Below, piece after piece: positions 38,814 to 51,418 of a stretch of DNA of 64,000 nucleotides. The DNA is from Eledone cirrhosa. Its lineage: Eukaryota. Each line of letters starts with the position of its first letter. The stretch's first letter is position 1. Below the pieces are notes generated by a model. That model was given only the letters and a program-made list of their open reading frames with translations, did no database searches and was not told the origin of the DNA. Location of the stretch: contig OZ024740.1 of assembly GCA_964016885.1 (NCBI GenBank), positions 291,090,001 through 291,154,000 on the forward strand. Direction: 5' to 3'. Both the position numbers and the translations under genes were made by a program.

Positions 38814-40859
38814 TTATTTACCATTTTTTCCCCATTTGATTCTGGCTCCTCTATACGCTCTGATTTTATCTCTCTGATTGTAGCCAGAGAACTGCATCCG
38901 GTGGATGAAGTGTTGTATGTGTCTCTCTAGTTCTTCGGGGTTGCACATGCGGGACACGTTTCTCATCACCCGTACCAAATCCGCAATCAGTATGTTGATT
39001 TTGGTATGGTCCGAAACGGCCGAGTTTCGGTGGATCAGATGTTTGGAAGTCATGGGTTTGGCATAATGGGAATGGAGGATTTGTTTTTTATTATTAATGG
39101 TATCTAACCAGAGCTCTGTGTCTAGTACAGGTAATCGATGGTTGGGGTGTTTACTTGGGTAGTCTATAGTAACTCTAATGCTCTGGTGGATGGAGTTAGC
39201 TATTTGCTGGATGCTTTCCATTGTGTTTTTCTCTAGTTCCTGCCTGTTCTCTAGTGGGGGTGTCTTAACTACGATGTTTATATCATCAATGTAGCGGGAG
39301 TACATTATCAGGGTTAAGGGGTCTTCTAATTGTTCTTTAAGTTTAAGTTTAAGTCTACTGTCCCACCATACCATGAATAAGTTAGCTATGTCGCCTGCAA
39401 TGCTAACACCAATGGCTGCTCCTTCCTCTTGGGCATATGTTTTTCCATTAAATTTGAACATATGTTCCTTAAGGGTTAGTTTTATGCTGGCCCCTACCGC
39501 ATGTGCAATCATTTTCTTCAGTTCATCGTGGTTTTCGGGTGTCCGTATGGCTCTGGTCCACCCGTTCCATCTATCTGTGTGGGTTTTCTTGGCCATTGAG
39601 GTAATGGTAGGTGGTCTGCCTCTTGCTGGTCTTGTAGGGCACAGGTTGCTAAGGTCATATGTGTCTAGGTAATTATTACTATAGGTAAGTTTAAGTAGGA
39701 GTCCCAGCTCACTGGTATCAATCCCACGGAACTCAACATTGCTCTCACTGATCATTTCTACGCATTTCTCCACAGCAAAATCCACGTCAATAGATGGATA
39801 CAGGGACACAACATCCATACTACCTATTATGCAGCTTGTTAGGTCCCTAGATCGGTTATCCACGCCGATTCTGCTGAGGAGGTCCTCCGTGCTGTCACAT
39901 ACATCTGGGGACATTTCAATGATGGGGCGTATGATCAGGGAGAGGAAGTAGGACAGTCTGTAGTTACTAGCAATGTTAGCTCCACAGACTGGCCGTGTTG
40001 GTGGTCCTGCGACAGGGTCACTGCCCTTTTTATGGTCTTTTCGAAGCCCATACAACGCCGGCACGTCATTGTTCCAGGCCTGGAAGTTGTTGGCAGTCCT
40101 TTTGTTGGGCTGCATTATATTCGTCCACATCACCATATGGGCATTGAGGGCTTTTTCTCTATCCTCATGCTCCTGTGGTGTTACCTCTCTTGTGTTAGTG
40201 ATGTGGGGTTGCATTGCCTGGATGTAGTTTGGCAGGCTGTCAACCGACATTCTGCCAGACTTGTCTGTTGGAAAGCATGCTATCTCTCCATTACGCGAGC
40301 GCTGCATGAGCTTACGCAAGCCATTTGCAGATTTTTCTCCCAGTTGCTGGGCCGCCATTCTATTATGCTTCTTGCTATACTGTTCTATAATATTTCTAAG
40401 TTCAGATCTAGCTATACTAAATTGTGCTTCAGTTTGTTCATCGACCTGCGACGGCAATTGCGTGCGTTTGTTAAATGGTAAAGTCGTGGCGTGGACTCGT
40501 CGCAGGTCGAACGATTTATCGGAGGGATTATAAAACGTAGAGTTCCAGGCTGCTGCTTTATGTGTACTAGTGCTATTGTTATTGTTAGTTGTGTTGTTTC
40601 TATTTCTATTTCCACCAACAGTCTCATGGTTGTTTCTATGTCTCTCATAATTACTCCTGTCTCTTTCCACTGGCTCATTGTTGTTATCTACCCTATTTTG
40701 TGTGTCTGTGTGTTCGTCTTGGTTATTTTCTTTGTCCTTAGTCTCCCTTCTCCTTTTAATCCTATTACTTTCCCTTATTTCTGTGATTTCTGTGCTACTG
40801 TCATTACTTGTTTTCTGTGTCTGTGTGTTTGTTAAGACTGTGGTGGTGGTGAGAGGCAT
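38814..40859 (-). CDS. PLE reverse transcriptase
   Basis: PTDKSGR, YGLRKDHK, SMDVVSLYPSI, QEEGAAIG, RYIDD, LPVLD. Confidence 0.92.
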   Translation of the reverse strand: MPLTTTTVLTNTQTQKTSNDSSTEITEIRESNRIKRRRETKDKENNQDEHTDTQNRVDNNNEPVERDRSNYERHRNNHETVGGNRNRNNTTNNNNSTSTHKAAAWNSTFYNPSDKSFDLRRVHATTLPFNKRTQLPSQVDEQTEAQFSIARSELRNIIEQYSKKHNRMAAQQLGEKSANGLRKLMQRSRNGEIACFPTDKSGRMSVDSLPNYIQAMQPHITNTREVTPQEHEDREKALNAHMVMWTNIMQPNKRTANNFQAWNNDVPALYGLRKDHKKGSDPVAGPPTRPVCGANIASNYRLSYFLSLIIRPIIEMSPDVCDSTEDLLSRIGVDNRSRDLTSCIIGSMDVVSLYPSIDVDFAVEKCVEMISESNVEFRGIDTSELGLLLKLTYSNNYLDTYDLSNLCPTRPARGRPPTITSMAKKTHTDRWNGWTRAIRTPENHDELKKMIAHAVGASIKLTLKEHMFKFNGKTYAQEEGAAIGVSIAGDIANLFMVWWDSRLKLKLKEQLEDPLTLIMYSRYIDDINIVVKTPPLENRQELEKNTMESIQQIANSIHQSIRVTIDYPSKHPNHRLPVLDTELWLDTINNKKQILHSHYAKPMTSKHLIHRNSAVSDHTKINILIADLVRVMRNVSRMCNPEELERHIQHFIHRMQFSGYNQRDKIRAYRGARIKWGKNGK

Positions 40860-41120
40860 TGAATGTGTGTGTGTGTTGTTGTTGTTGATGTGTGCTGTTG
40901 TTGATGTGTGTTGTTGTTGTCTCCGTGTGTGTTATTATTGTTGTGTGTGTTGTTATTGTTGTTTGTGTCTGCGTGTCTGTTGTTGTTGTTTCTGGGTATG
41001 TTATTATTGTTGTTGTTGGTGTGTGTGTTGTTGTTATTGTTGTTTGTGTCTGTGTGTCTGTTGTTGTTGGGATGTGTGTTGTATATGTGTGTGCGTATAT
41101 TGTTGCTTTTGTTTTTGTTA
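40860..41120. repeat. (GTT)/(GT) compound low-complexity repeat in the PLE 5' region
   Basis: Direct reading; encodes Asn/Thr/His runs on the minus strand. Confidence 0.85.
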
Positions 41121-43031
41121 AATATATATATATTCTGTTTAAATATATATATATTCTGTTTTTTTTCCATTGTCTGTGTCCTGTGCACCGCCTATTTTGA
41201 ATTTATATTCTAAAGGCTTGGTCGTGCGAGTTTAAAAAAACAAACTATTATATAATTGACATCACATCGCCCAGCCTGTTTTCCTCTATTCTCCCTTCTT
41301 ACCTTTTCTAACCTTTTCTATGCCTCGGTGTCCTTCTTTGACTGTACTTTGGGCTACGATCCTTATTGTTCCTTTCTGCTTTACTATTTCTCTCCTTTCT
41401 ATATATTTTTTCTCCTTTCGTTAAGCCCTTGCGCACTCTATATTTGTGCAATTTGCTTAAAGGCATAACTTGTCTCTACCTGTTTTGTTATGTCCCAATG
41501 TACACTGGAACGAATCGTATCAACCTAAATACACCAAAACTATGGTGAGTTCCAGAGTTTGGTTAGGGTGATGAGACTGTCCATCTTTCTGTTGATGTTT
41601 CCAATGCCTTGACCTGTGTACCCCTTCTTTTGAATATATATATATATACACACACACCAATATATATATATCATTTCATTTCATTTCATTTTACGTCCGC
41701 TTCTCCCTGCTTGCAAGGGTGGGATGGGAACTGATTCTGGCTTGATTTCTACAGCTGGATGCCCTTCCTAACACCAACCTCATTTACATATATGTATATA
41801 TATTTATCATCATCATTATTTTTACATCCACTTTTCCATGCTAGCATAGGTTGGACGGATGCACACAACATTCATTTTGTTCCGTTGTGTAGATATTCTA
41901 GGTATGCACAGCATTTATGTGTGTGTGTATATATATATAGATATACAATAAAAATAACGTGGATTAGATTACATCAAATGATTTAATTCATTTGATGAAT
42001 GTTTCCATCAACACAACATAATCAACATATATATTTACTGTCACATGTCCAAATATCTCATGTCTGAAAACGTAAACAAATTTAAAATACAGTTGGGAAA
42101 ACATTAAAACAATTAAAAATTTATTAGTGATAAAGATATGTGCATTGACTAAAGATATTTTGCTAAACCATTACACACTAATACGTATATACTACACAAT
42201 AAAGTATACACATTGAGCATTTTTATATACTAGGATTTTTTCAACATGCTGGCACATACGTGTATATATGTGTACATGTGCTTATGCATACATTTATATG
42301 TATGAGTATATAAATATAAATGTGCAAACACAGACACACTTACAAAAATACACACTCACAGACATACATTCACAACACAAATACACACACATTCCCACAA
42401 ACACACACATGCATTCATACAAACACACACACACATGCATTTACACAAACACACACATATACATACACTCACACACAGTGTAGCAAATGGATATATAGAT
42501 GCTCTATGATATTGTAAAACTACCGTAATTGGAAAAATTTAATGATTGGATTAAACTCTGAACTGTCTTTTACCTATCTTGCTGTGGACTATAAAATCAT
42601 ATTTGAGCCTTGAAATATTCTTTGCCTTTATATGTTGGTGTTATCAACTCATCTAAACTATTTTATATAAATATATATATCATCATCATCGTTTTTACAT
42701 TCACTTTTCCATGCTGGCATGAATTGGATAGGATAGTTTGAACAAGTTTTTAAAGCTGGATGCCCTTCCCTTTTAGTTGCCTTTTACAAAATATAGGGAT
42801 ATGATGTACTAATTCTAGAAACTGGGGTACACATCACAAATTAAATCCTGCAAATACTGAGGTGAAGTTGAGCATGTGTAAAATTATCAAACCAAATTAG
42901 TAACTCAAGTGATTACAATCATATTAATTACTTTATACTAAACTAAAAACTCCAACAAAAACATAAGTTTGCTTTATCTTATTCATATTTTTTAACGTTT
43001 CTCTCTCCTTCTTTATTCACCGACCCTCTAG

Positions 43032-43061
43032 ATATCCTGATTGCTGTTCAAATTGAAATTG
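43032..43061 (+). other. Candidate 30-bp micro-exon
   Basis: Long pyrimidine tract plus CTAG acceptor; TTG|GTAAGT donor; open in phase 1 (ILIAVQIEI). Confidence 0.4.
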
Positions 43062-43104
43062 GTAAGTAACCATATAGTTGATATTTCTTATAGTTGCTTT
43101 GATA

Positions 43105-43355
43105 TAGTTGATCTGCTGAATGATCTGTGGATGATGTGCTGGATGATCGGTGGATGATCTGTTGGCTGATTTGTGGATGATCTTTTGGATGATCTGTGGA
43201 TGACCTACTGGATGATCTGTGGATGATCTACTGGATGACCTGCTGGTTGATCTGTGGATGATCTACTGGACGACCTGCTGGTTGATCTGTGGATGACCTG
43301 GTGGATGATCTGTTGGTAGATCTGCTGGATGATCTGTGGATGACCTGCTGGTTCC
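43105..43355. repeat. 11-12 bp tandem repeat
   Basis: GGATGATCTGT / GGATGACCTGCT units. Confidence 0.9.
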
Positions 43356-43604
43356 TAGAGGAAGAGTTGTGAGGGTATCTGTGTTGGCTTACGGCTGCAT
43401 GGGCACCTAAAACCCTAAATGAAAGATATGGTACATACTACCAAGTCATACTCGATTGTGAATACTTTATATAAACTAGTTTATATATATATATATATAT
43501 AAATATATATATATATCATCATCATCATTTTATGTCCGCTTTTCCCTACTTGCATATACATAAACATATGTATGTATATATATGTGTGTATGTGTATATC
43601 TATA

Positions 43605-44755
43605 TATATATATTGTTATAGTTTGGGAGGGTCATGCTGTTAATAAAAACACACGCATTTTATTATTATAATTTTCCAGTCCGTTAGTTTAATAACCTCA
43701 TGGTTGTTTAGTTGTTGATTGTCAAAGCTATTTTGTCACACATTCTGTGACCTCCTCAGCACCACTTTTGTTACTTTGTGTCTCTCCCTTGTTCTGTTTT
43801 ACACTATCTTGTTTTTGTGAGCTGTGCATGCATTATTTCCATGTGTGTGTGTGTGTTTATATTTATTTATTTGTTTATGTATTTATACATTTATATAATT
43901 ATTTTCTCTCCTTTCTCTCTTTCATGGTCATCACTAGTTGGTTACTTGTTCTATCTGTGTGTGTAGTGGGGGCAGGGGTCTGTTTATCTTTTTAGTTTAG
44001 TTCTTCTTTGTCTTTATCTTGTCCTTAGTTGTGAGGTTGTTGCTATTCCACTCATGTTTTCTGTTTAGTTTTGGTTGGAGTTTGTTTATGTTTGTCACTT
44101 CTGTAATCTGTCGGAGCATTGCGTCTGTTCTCTGTGTAGTTAAAATTTTTTTTATCTCAATGTCCTCTAGTGTGCTCCCATGTTCCATTCCTGCATGTTA
44201 GTAGAGTACTAACAAGTTTTTCTCGTCTTGGAGATCTTGCCAGTGTTCTTCTATTCTTTTTCCTATGCTACAGGCCGTCTCACTTATATAAGTTGTATTC
44301 CTATTCATATTCTGTCCCTCCTTGCATCTTATTGTATATACTATGTTTCTAGTTTTATAGTTAATTTGTGGCCTTAATCTGCAGACTATACATTTTCTAT
44401 TGGTATAGGAGGTTTTCTTAAAAGGGTATGTTATGCTAATCAGGGCTTTATAGGAATAACTGGTTTTTCTACAATCATAGTATTTAACATTAATTTGTCT
44501 AAAACCTTTCTAAATTTGTATGCTATTTCGCATCTGAGGTTAGCATTGATGAACATTACATGCTGGTATTTGTTGCTGTCATACCACAAGTTATTGTTAT
44601 ATGTCTTCTTTTTAGTTCTCTCTATCCTATTTCAACATTTGCTCCTATATATGGGGCAAGTCCCATTTAAATCATTTTCTAAAATATTCATCCATTTAGC
44701 CCTGGCTCCTTTGTACACCCTGATCTTGTCTCTTTTATTGTAGCCAGAGAAGCTA
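43605..44755 (-). mobile_element. Older degraded 3' fragment of the same PLE family
   Basis: Colinear similarity to 37760-38890, including a decayed hammerhead near 43722-43762. Confidence 0.85.
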
Positions 44756-44939
44756 TTGACTATTTCAAGGGAACCCTCTGAGCATTTGATGGGGCTTGAT
44801 TTCTGTGTGCTCTTGTTGCTTACTGCTCCTGTGCACCGGCTACATACAAAGCCTACATTCTTTGCTTACCAGCCTGCGATTCTACTACATGTTTGTGTAT
44901 CCAAAGCTTACATTTTGTATATAAAATAGAATTTCTACC

Positions 44940-46085
44940 TGGTCCTTTCCTCCATACTAAGCAAGGCCATTTTCCTGTAGGAAACAGGGCCCTGTTGTAA
45001 ACTCTTCTGTCAGTGTCTGAAGGAGGGGGCCAAGGACTGAACCCTAGTAGACTCCCACCTGCACACTAAATTCATCACTATATTCATTGTTGATTCTAAC
45101 CTTACTGACTGCCCCTCTGTACATGGCTTGTACCACTATTACCAGCCATTCCTCTACCCCTAGTTTCCCCAAGAACCCACTAGATTATGGAGTGAGGATC
45201 CCTGTCAAAATCTTTTTCCAAATCAACAAATTCTAGATAGGAGGGCTTACTTTTAGTTAGGTACTTCTCCTCCAGCTCTCTCACAAGGAACAGAACATCT
45301 GTGGTACCTTTACCTGGCATAAAACTAAGCTGCATCTTGTATATGTTAATTCTATCCTGAATTAGTTGTGCAATGACTCTTTCAATAACTTTCATCACCT
45401 GGTCCATCAACTTGATGTCTCTGCTTTGCCCTTGTAACAATTGATGCTGCTGCTGCTACACCAGTCATTAGGTAGCATTTACGACCTGGTCCATCAACTT
45501 GATACCTCTCTAGTTTTCTCTGTCTAGTGTCTTTTACCTTTGTATCAGTTGACAATGAGGCCACCGTGCCAGCCATTAGGTATAACACCATCCTGTATTA
45601 CTTAAAAATAATAATGAAATTATTGTGTAAAGTGCTCAGGTGCACTACAACTCGTCAAAGGTGTATGTATAGTACATAGAATAATACACAAATGTCAGGG
45701 AAGTACATGTGTGTATGTGTTAGCTGTAGTGTTGGCGGATCTCGGGAAGCATGGAGGCCTTAAAGGATGCAGTGTCTCGACAGCTAACAACTGATGCAGG
45801 TAGTTTGTTCCATGCTTCAGCAACTCTGAGCGTGAAAAATGTTTCCGAAAGTTATGGGAACTGTGCTGTTTTCTTACTTTGTGGGCATGTCCACGTGTGT
45901 TAGACACATGGAAATCAAAAAGGTACTTGATTAACTATGCGCACAGTTAGTGTATGCTCCACCCAACCAGATGCCCTCAGCATCTTAGCTACTATCCCTG
46001 ATGAACCTGCTGCTTTCTTTGTCTTCATATCATTAATTGCCTTAATTACTACGCTGCTGCTAACTTGGATGACTGGACACTATGT
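44940..46085 (-). mobile_element. Degraded RTE RT fragments interrupted by a CR1 3' fragment (45607-45925)
   Basis: IKLMDQVMKV...FVDLEKDFDR; CR1 NTRGHAHKVRKQHS. Confidence 0.85.
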
Positions 46086-46653
46086 TGGATCTGGAATAAG
46101 CTGGGTGCGGGTGTGTGTGAAAAATTGCTACTTTTTCTAGGTTGTCTTCGTTGATTTTTTTTTTAAATCAGAATTAGTCGTTTAGTTCACATATTGAGAC
46201 CCCAACCCATCCTACTTATTTTATAACATAAGGGATTTATTGGAATATACTTATTTTTGTCATGTATAATGTTTTTTTAATGTCTAAAGAAAATTAATTC
46301 TTACAGGAATGCTACCACTTAAAATAAAAGTTCGCTGGGGATAGATTAGTAAAATCTAATCAGCAGGGGGCGAGGGTGGGTGGGGTGGAATAAGAGCAGG
46401 GGATTTGGAAAATTTAATAAGTGGGGGTGGGGTGGGGTGAATCTGAAAAATTAATAAGTGGGACACACACACACATGATTATTCGATACCCGTGAGTAGA
46501 GTCATGACATCAGTAAATATTTGTTATTTTCTTAGCTATAAATTTAAAGCTCAACATTAACATAAGTAAATATGTGACTGCATGCATGTGTGTGTATGTG
46601 TGTGAAATATATATATATATATATATATACCTTCTCCTCTGCCTGTATATATT

Positions 46654-49600
46654 ATCATCATCATTATCATCATCATCATCATCATTTTACGTCCGGTCTT
46701 CCCTGCATGCAAAGGTGGGACAGGTCTTATTCAGCACAGCATCTCTCCACTTGTCATGGTCCTTCGTCATCTCCACCGTGAGCTTCAACGATCTGAGGTC
46801 TGTTCTCGCCACCTCCACCCATGTTTTTCGTCGTCTACCTCTACCACGTCTTCCTTCAACTGGCATTTCCTGGCACTTCTTCACCCATCGGTCATCCTCC
46901 ATGTGCATCACATGTCCATATCACCTCAGTCTCCTCTCCCGTACACTACATTCTATCCATCTCAGACACAGTTTCTCTCTCAACACATTCATGCTGGGTC
47001 GTTCACGCACATTGACACTGCACATCCAATGGAGCATGCTTGCCTCATTTCTCTCCAGCCATCGCATATCCTCTGCAGTTGTTGCCCATGTCTCACTACC
47101 ATGCAGCATTGCACTCCTCACACAGGCATCATATAACCGGCCTTTCGTATGCAGGGAAAAACCCTTCTTCGTCAGCAGAGGAAGCAGCTCCCTAAACTTC
47201 TTCCAACCCGTCCTTATTCTAGATACTATGGCCTCGGAACACCTCCCCCCCCCCTCCCATGCTAATCTGATCTCCTAGGTATCGGAAGCTATCCACCACT
47301 TCTATAGCACCCTCCTGCATTTGAAAAATGTGTCTATCAATGTGACTTCTACTGTCTAATTTCCCTGTACATCTACTGCATACATATTTCTCCCTACCTG
47401 TTAATTTGCCTGCTATCCCGCTACATCTCTTGTGTACCCAGGATCGGCATTGTGTGCATTTTATAGAATTTATGCCAGTTCCTTTTCTGCATATCGAACA
47501 TGGCCATTTCCCTGACGGAATCAGAGTTTTGTCGTCTTTTCTACTCATCAACACTTTTGTCTTAACTCGGTTCACTCTCAGTCCTCTTGCTTCCAACTGC
47601 TGTTTCCATAGCCAGAATTTATTCTCTAGCTCCTCTACTGATTCTGCTATAAGAACCAGATCGTCAGCATAGAGAAGTTCCCATGGACAGCCAGTTTTAA
47701 ACTCCTCTGTTATGGCTTGGAAGACTATAATGAACAAGAGCGGGCTGAGGACCGAACCTTGATGTACTCCTACTTGTATCTGGAATTCCTCACTAAACTC
47801 CATTCCTACCCTGACTTTACTGAGAGTACCTCTGTACAAAGTTTGCACTGTCCTCACAAGCCATTCCTCAACACCTAGCTTCCTTAGGGACCACCAGATG
47901 ACAGATCGGGGTACCCTATCAAAGGCCTTCTCTAGGTCAACAAAGGCTAAGTATAGTGGCTTATTTTTCTCTAAGAACCTCTCTTGTAATTGTCTCACCA
48001 AGAAGAGGGCATCTGTTGTACTCTTCCCAGGCACAAAACCAAACTGCATCTCATCTAGTTTGACCCTTTCTCTAATTAGTTGTGCTAATATCCTTTCTGC
48101 CACTTTCATAACCTGATCCATCAGTTTTATACCCCTATAATTGCTCCTCTCCAGAGCATCCCCTTTACCTTTGTAGCAATTTATGAGAATACTGCTGCAC
48201 CAGTCTTTGGGTATGACACCACCATATATAGCCTGATTGATGATGCGTGCAACCAGTTTAGTGCCTACATCCCCTAATGCCTTCAGCATCTCAGCAACTA
48301 TTCCCGATGGTCCAGCAGCCTTACCATTCTTCATTTCCTTAATCGCCTCTTGGACCCTATATTCGTCAATCTCAATAGCTGGTCCCTCTGTCGGATCTAC
48401 TAAGGGTAATTTCTCTCTCCCATTTGTTCTCCACAGTCTCTCATAATGGCATTTCCAGGCCTCCTTTTTCTGATCATTCATGACACTAAGTACACCGGCA
48501 TCATTCCGGACACATTTATCTCCAGCAACATCCTGATTTGCATTGACACACTGCCTTGCAATGTGGAACACTGCATGCCTCTGATCTTCCTGTCACAGAA
48601 CATTGGCAAACCTCCTACTCTCAGCCTCCCTGCGTGCTAAGTACACCTGATGTCTAGCTTCTCTCTTAGCGGCTGTATATTCTTCCCTACTCCCACCCTT
48701 TTTCCAAGCCTTCCATGCTAGTCTTTTGTCTCTAATGGCCTTATCTACTGTGCTGTTCCACCACCAGGTCACTCTCTGTCTGGTTGGAGCTCTGCTCCTG
48801 CCACAAGTTTCATCAGTAGCCTGCAGTAAGTTGTCACATAAGAAATTCCAGTTATTATCTATGTCATACGTCTCTAAATCGTCTTCTTTTTCGTCATATA
48901 CATCTTGAAGGGCTTTCCTAAATTTGTATTTTAGTGAAAGGTCTTTTAGCTTCCAGACCTTTCTTCTCCACACCTTCCTGTATGTCTCATTCCATCTCTT
49001 GCTTACTGAGATATCACTAACGACTAACCTATGCTGTGGGGTACATTTTTCCCCAGGGTATGCCTTGGTATTAGACACTATCTGCCTGTCCTGCTGCCTA
49101 ACTAGTAAGAAGTCAATCTGGTTTATGTGCTCGCCAGATTTGTAGGTTATTAGGTGATTGGCAGGTGTCTGGAAGTTTGTGTTGCAAATAGTCAGTGTAC
49201 TTGCATCACAAAATTCAAGAAGTCTCACTCCTTCTTCATTTCTTGAGCCGTAACCGTGCCCACCATGTACCCCAGTGTAACCATCCTGGAGCTGTCCAAC
49301 ATGACCATTGAAGTCCCCTGCTAGCATAACGATGTCTCCGTCCTCTGTCATTGCAGTTGTTTGTAAAAGTTGCTAGTAAAAGCAATCTTTCTCATCTTTG
49401 CCTAGGCCTGCTTGGTGAGCATAGGCAGAGATGATTGTCAGTAGTCTCCTGCCTACAACTAATCTAAGCTTAATTATTCGATTACTAACTCGAACTACCT
49501 CTATTGTCTTATTGATACATCTCTCAGCAGGAAAATGCCTACTCCCCCTAACCCATCATCCTTACCTACCCAGAAAAGCTTATAGCTAAGATGTTTGCCT

Positions 49601-49900
49601 ACGACTAGTCTCGCAGAGGCACCTCTCCATCTCACCTCTTGCACGCAGCACACATCCACATGCCTTCTCTCCAGCATCTTCGCTATTTCAGCAGATCTAC
49701 CTCTGAGAGTGCCAACATTAAGTGTTGCAACTCTGAGATGCGACGTCTTCATATTTTGTTGTTATTCCTATCTATTTGTTGCTGTGCTGCCAAGCGCTTT
49801 GGCATTGATACACTGGTTGGATGCCCTTCTTAACACCAGCGCCACTTTACAGCATGGACTGGGTGCTTTTATTTGTGCCACCAGCACTAGAGAGGATGTC
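46654..49900 (-). mobile_element. Near full-length RTE-clade LINE (APE plus RT), disrupted
   Basis: TLNVGTL, VQEVRW, AGDFNGHVG, QIDFLLV, FVDLEKAFDRV, GVHQGSVLSPLLF, YADD, FRYLG, RRRKTW; (CAT)n tail. Confidence 0.95.
47219..48571 (-). CDS. RTE reverse transcriptase with embedded Cys/His finger
   Basis: RT motifs; CSICRK..CTQC..VHKRC..CSRC between YADD and FRYLG. Confidence 0.9.
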   Translation of the reverse strand: MFHIARQCVNANQDVAGDKCVRNDAGVLSVMNDQKKEAWKCHYERLWRTNGREKLPLVDPTEGPAIEIDEYRVQEAIKEMKNGKAAGPSGIVAEMLKALGDVGTKLVARIINQAIYGGVIPKDWCSSILINCYKGKGDALERSNYRGIKLMDQVMKVAERILAQLIRERVKLDEMQFGFVPGKSTTDALFLVRQLQERFLEKNKPLYLAFVDLEKAFDRVPRSVIWWSLRKLGVEEWLVRTVQTLYRGTLSKVRVGMEFSEEFQIQVGVHQGSVLSPLLFIIVFQAITEEFKTGCPWELLYADDLVLIAESVEELENKFWLWKQQLEARGLRVNRVKTKVLMSRKDDKTLIPSGKWPCSICRKGTGINSIKCTQCRSWVHKRCSGIAGKLTGREKYVCSRCTGKLDSRSHIDRHIFQMQEGAIEVVDSFRYLGDQISMGGGGEVFRGHSI

Positions 49901-50085
49901 TTACTAGACTCAAGGGCCCTCTCTACCCCTCCATTTTACAGCATGGTCATAAAAAAAAAACACTTATTGATACGACACGCACACACACACACACACACAC
50001 ACCAACACTCATGCATACAAACTACAAACACACTCGCCACTCACACACCAACACTCATGCATACAAACACACACACCACTCACAT

Positions 50086-50133
<48 letters not shown>

Positions 50134-50429
50134 TCCTCTGTGTGTATATATATATATATATACTTTCTCCTCTGTCTAGAAATAGTCAACTTGGTATACT
50201 TCTGATTGCTAAGTAAGAATCTGGCTGATCTCCCAGTTCTTTAATGAGAATGGCTATTCACTTATTTTTCATCTTGCGTAAGTCTACACTTAAGTTATGA
50301 ACCACACACAGATGGTATAACACTTCACTGGAAAATGTTAGGAACCTTTATGAAACAAATAAAACTATACTTCTTTTAACTGTAATTACATGGAATGGAT
50401 ATAACCTTGGCTAATCCATGAAATAATTA

Positions 50430-50795
50430 GGTACAAATGTTTGTAGCCCTCCTTTGGACATGAATGACCATGAGTCTGCATTTAGGAAATTTCTCTTCGA
50501 AGCACAAGCCTGGGTATGGTGGTTTTGTGAAAGACCAGTAGTCACCTATGTATACTACTTGACCAGCAAATCTCCAAAATGGCTGACTGTGTGTTTTTTG
50601 TTCCCTCATTTTTTCCATTCCTTCTTCTCCTCACCCTTTATCTTTCTATTTTATTTTTTATTTCTAATTCTATTTACTGATGAAGGACTAGTGTTTGAAT
50701 TGTTAAGACTCTTTTCCTGTTATTTCAAGCGTTAAACTAATATATTTCTTCAATGTACTGTGTCGTTTGCTTTATCTTTGTTTACTTTTTACATA
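50430..50795 (+). mobile_element. Decayed PLE pLTR-like repeat
   Basis: CTGATGAAGGACTAGTGTTTGAATTG, an eroded hammerhead core, followed by GCGTTAAACTAATA and a T-rich tail. Confidence 0.5.
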
Positions 50796-51418
50796 TATAT
50801 ATACCGGTAAAATTCCGTTATTACGAATACCATTATAACGAATTTCTTTACAATCCCCAGCCACATGCTCAATGTGTTAGGTTAATCTCGTTATAATGAA
50901 TTTTTCATTACAACAATTTTTTTTATCAAACCAAATAAAAGGAAACATCAAGAGATACAAGAAAGAAAAAGAATATGCAAATCATCTGCTAGGCTGTCCT
51001 CTTTATTTTTCATGCTATTAATATATGAACAATTCTTGGCTCAATGGAAAGTACAACCATAGACATATCATTTGGAATCTTGAAACCATGCTGTCTTTGT
51101 CAACTGTATGTTCTGCTACTACTGTTATTTCAAGAAACAGTTATTGAGAATCAAACTCTGTTCAATTTCCATGTAAACACCATGATTCACTAAAGACTAC
51201 AAAACATCAATAATCAAGCCCGAGAGACATATGTAAAAGTAACAATAAAAATGAACCCTTGCTTACAGCATTTTTTTTTTTTACCAAGGGAAGCCACTTC
51301 CTTCTTACAATGTTCAGTATCAAGTTGTCTCCCTTAGATTAACATATTTATTTCATTTCAATCGAGAGATCATTAGAAGCTAATGTTTGGTATTGCAGCA
51401 AACAATTTCAAGCTATTA

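Larger units (their letters stand above)
37690..41200 (-). mobile_element. Penelope-like retroelement (probably Neptune/Nematis type)
   Basis: RT and GIY-YIG ORFs, 3' pLTR with hammerhead. Confidence 0.9.

Noticed and set aside
40678-41213. Cys-, Val- or Leu-rich plus-strand ORFs (keratin- or metallothionein-like)
   Set aside because: Antisense translation of GTT/GT microsatellite
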